64,000 bases of DNA. Origin: Basidiobolus meristosporus CBS 931.73 (taxonomy: Eukaryota; Fungi; Basidiobolomycota). Shown here one piece after another: positions 62,363-64,000 of the stretch. The notes beneath the pieces were generated by a model that made no database searches, was not told the origin of the DNA, and saw nothing but the letters and a program-made list of their open reading frames with translations. Both the position numbers and the translations under genes were made by a program. The stretch lies in contig MCFE01000091.1 in the NCBI GenBank assembly GCA_002104905.1, positions 112,313 through 176,312 on the forward strand, given 5' to 3'. The first letter of the stretch is position 1. Every line of letters starts with the position of its first letter.

Positions 62363-62879
62363 AGGAAAGTCACCAAGTGGTGAAATCTTTATTTACTTAT
62401 GACAAGTATCTAAAGAAGCCAAGTTAATCTGAAGTAATTCCTAGAAAGCTAGGTCTGAGAGATATCTTCCTGGTAAGCCAGGTCTGAGAGTTGAGAAGCT
62501 GAGTGGTACTATATTTCCTAGTTAGCTAGGTCTGAGAGAGGTTTCCTGGAAAGCCAGGCCTGAGAAGTGAGAATCTGAATATATCTGAGCTAAGTTATAC
62601 TGGTTTGCGGTAGCTGAATTGTGGCCGGAATGGCCAGTAGACTGGGGGAACTGAGATGAATTTCTGGGCAATCACTGGCCAAATTTACTAGGCAAATCTG
62701 GCCAATTAGCATTTCAAGGATTTCAGCCAATCAGAGCCTTTACTTTGCCCGATGGTTGATCAAGCCATCTCCCAATGAGCACACATCAATTTATTAATCA
62801 AATTTTGCTGGATCCAGGATTTGAACCCACAACCATGGGTATGGAAGGGTTAGGGATAACCACAAGGCTAAGTGTTCTT
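62363..62879 (-). ncRNA. Module A copy 3 (517 bp)
   Basis: A-box TAGCCTTGTGG (62860-62870) and B-box GGTTCAAATCC (62817-62827) on the minus strand; no TTTT on the sense strand. Confidence 0.7.
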
Positions 62880-62888
62880 GGTTAGGGG

Positions 62889-63778
62889 AGGGAAAGTCAC
62901 CAAGGTAGGTGAAATCTTTATTTGATTTCAGACAAGTCTAACTACAAATAAAGAAGCCAGCTGGGAATAGAAGATTCCCAAAGTAAACACTAAGTTAAAA
63001 ATGAATAAATCTAAGCTAAAGTTAAGGCAGTATCCCAGAGTACACTGGAGTTCAGGTTCATGGGGGAGTGAAGTAGATAAGCTTGAGAAATATAATAATC
63101 TTTAAGGAAGTGGATAACAGCAGGTGAAGGGGAGTTTTTGATAAGTGAAGTGAATCTTGAGAGCAGAGATTCCTCTAATGAGAAGGTCTTGTAAACTGGA
63201 GAATCAGGAAACTCTTTGAAGGCATGGTCAGTAGGTTCCCAGTAAAACTGGTCAGAGACATTTTGAGAGAATTGTGTTGCAATACTTTTGTCAAGTACTA
63301 CCTCCAGAGTGTGATGGTTGATAAATCTCATGTTAACAATTTTGGATAAATTGTAACCTTGTTGCTTGAGATACATCCTATGCTCAGATATGGGAATAAA
63401 CTCCACATTGGCAAAGTAGCAGACAGTCCAGTCAGTAGCAGGAGTTAAATCAGAATTGGCAGGAAACTTTCTTTTAGTCTTGGGAGGAGCAGCAGCATGT
63501 CTTGAGGGAGCAGGAACAGGCTTTTTGACAGCTTCAGAGTAGGAAGAGTGAGCAGGAGCAGGTGATTCTTGGGGAGTCTTGTTGACAGGAAGAGTTGGCA
63601 CAGGGACAATAGATTCTTGCAGATCAGAAAAGGCAGAGAACAACTTTTGAACTTGTTTCTTGAGTAGAGCATTTTCAGCTTCAACAAGTGCAAGCCTTTC
63701 CTCAAGGAAGGAAATCTGAAGGGAATGGAGTGAAGGCATAAGATATAAGAAGAAGAGGGTTGGATGGGGTGGGTGGGT
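62889..63778 (-). mobile_element. Subtelomeric module B, terminal copy, capped directly by the telomere
   Basis: Single 242-aa ORF plus the shared 3' tail; its 5' end runs through (CCCA)n into (CCCTAA)n. Confidence 0.85.
63011..63739 (-). CDS. 242-aa gag/ORF1-like protein (coiled coil, Pro-rich linker, globular C-terminal domain)
   Basis: Heptad stretch EERLALVEAENALLKKQVQKL; SYSEAVKK; conserved block FIPISEHRMYLKQQGYNLSKIVNMRFI also open in the 60309 copy; function is inference. Confidence 0.65.
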   Translation of the reverse strand: MPSLHSLQISFLEERLALVEAENALLKKQVQKLFSAFSDLQESIVPVPTLPVNKTPQESPAPAHSSYSEAVKKPVPAPSRHAAAPPKTKRKFPANSDLTPATDWTVCYFANVEFIPISEHRMYLKQQGYNLSKIVNMRFINHHTLEVVLDKSIATQFSQNVSDQFYWEPTDHAFKEFPDSPVYKTFSLEESLLSRFTSLIKNSPSPAVIHFLKDYYISQAYLLHSPMNLNSSVLWDTALTLA

Positions 63779-64000
63779 GGGTTAGGGTTAGGGTTAGGGT
63801 TAGGGTTAGGGTTAGGGTTAGGGTTAGGTTAGGGTTAGGGTTAGGGTTAGGGTTAGGGTTAGGGTTAGGGTTAGGGTTAGGGTTAGGGTTAGGGTTAGGG
63901 TTAGGGTTAGGGTTAGGGTTAGGGTTAGGGTTAGGGTTAGGTTAGGGTTAGGGTTAGGGTTAGGGTTAGGGTTAGGGTTAGGGTTAGGGTTAGGGTTAGG
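63779..64000 (+). repeat. Telomeric repeat array (TTAGGG)n
   Basis: About 37 tandem TTAGGG units to the window end, G-rich strand pointing outward; two TTAGG variants. Confidence 0.99.

Noticed and set aside
60808-62879. Hammerhead ribozyme in module A (expected for Penelope-like pLTRs)
   Set aside because: CTGAGAG, CTGAGAA and CTGATTG..GAAA occur, but none gives the CUGANGA..GAAA core with three closing stems
62810-62879. Functional tRNA gene at the head of module A
   Set aside because: The boxes are present, but the acceptor, anticodon and T stems do not pair into a cloverleaf; treated as a tRNA-derived head
63824-63941. TTAGG variant units in the telomere
   Set aside because: Two single-G losses in homopolymer context cannot be distinguished from sequencing error
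63760-63945. ORF with VR and LG dipeptide repeats
   Set aside because: It is a translation of the telomere repeat, not a gene

Overview
Right-hand end of a eukaryotic chromosome: the window ends in a (TTAGGG)n telomere at 63779-64000. Short GT..AG introns and the gene content point to an early-diverging fungus, possibly Zoopagomycota (inference). Four zones are visible. (1) 1-29.5 kb is CpG-depleted and packed with nested transposon relics: Ty1/Copia and Ty3/Gypsy elements including one full-length Copia with TSD, CACTA- and hAT-like relics, a Harbinger-type MITE and a foldback. (2) About 29.6-52 kb and 54.9-58.3 kb are CpG-rich gene islands (L-LDH, SUT1-like transporter, RPL37, HPP protein, 7TM and 4TM proteins, two arrestins, an amino-acid transporter, a duplicated receptor-like gene, GH18, stomatin). 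(3) 52.3-54.5 kb and 58.3-59.2 kb hold nested LTR/CACTA relics. (4) 59.5-63.8 kb is the most striking zone: a head-to-tail array of eight co-oriented retroposed-looking modules of four types that read from telomere toward centromere. Their bodies are unrelated, but they share a 3' signal (TGGCTTCTTT..AATAAAGAT-TCACC-loop-GGTGAC..CCCC; only partial in type D) and most are joined by one or two TTAGGG-like repeats plus a G-run. The types are a gag/ORF1-like-only module (B), a putative RT-ORF 3' end (C), a structured tRNA-headed Pol III SINE-like RNA carrying a 1.5-repeat telomere-template motif (A), and a dispersed repeat (D). This looks like a multipartite telomere-appended retroelement system; the RT core itself is not in the window.
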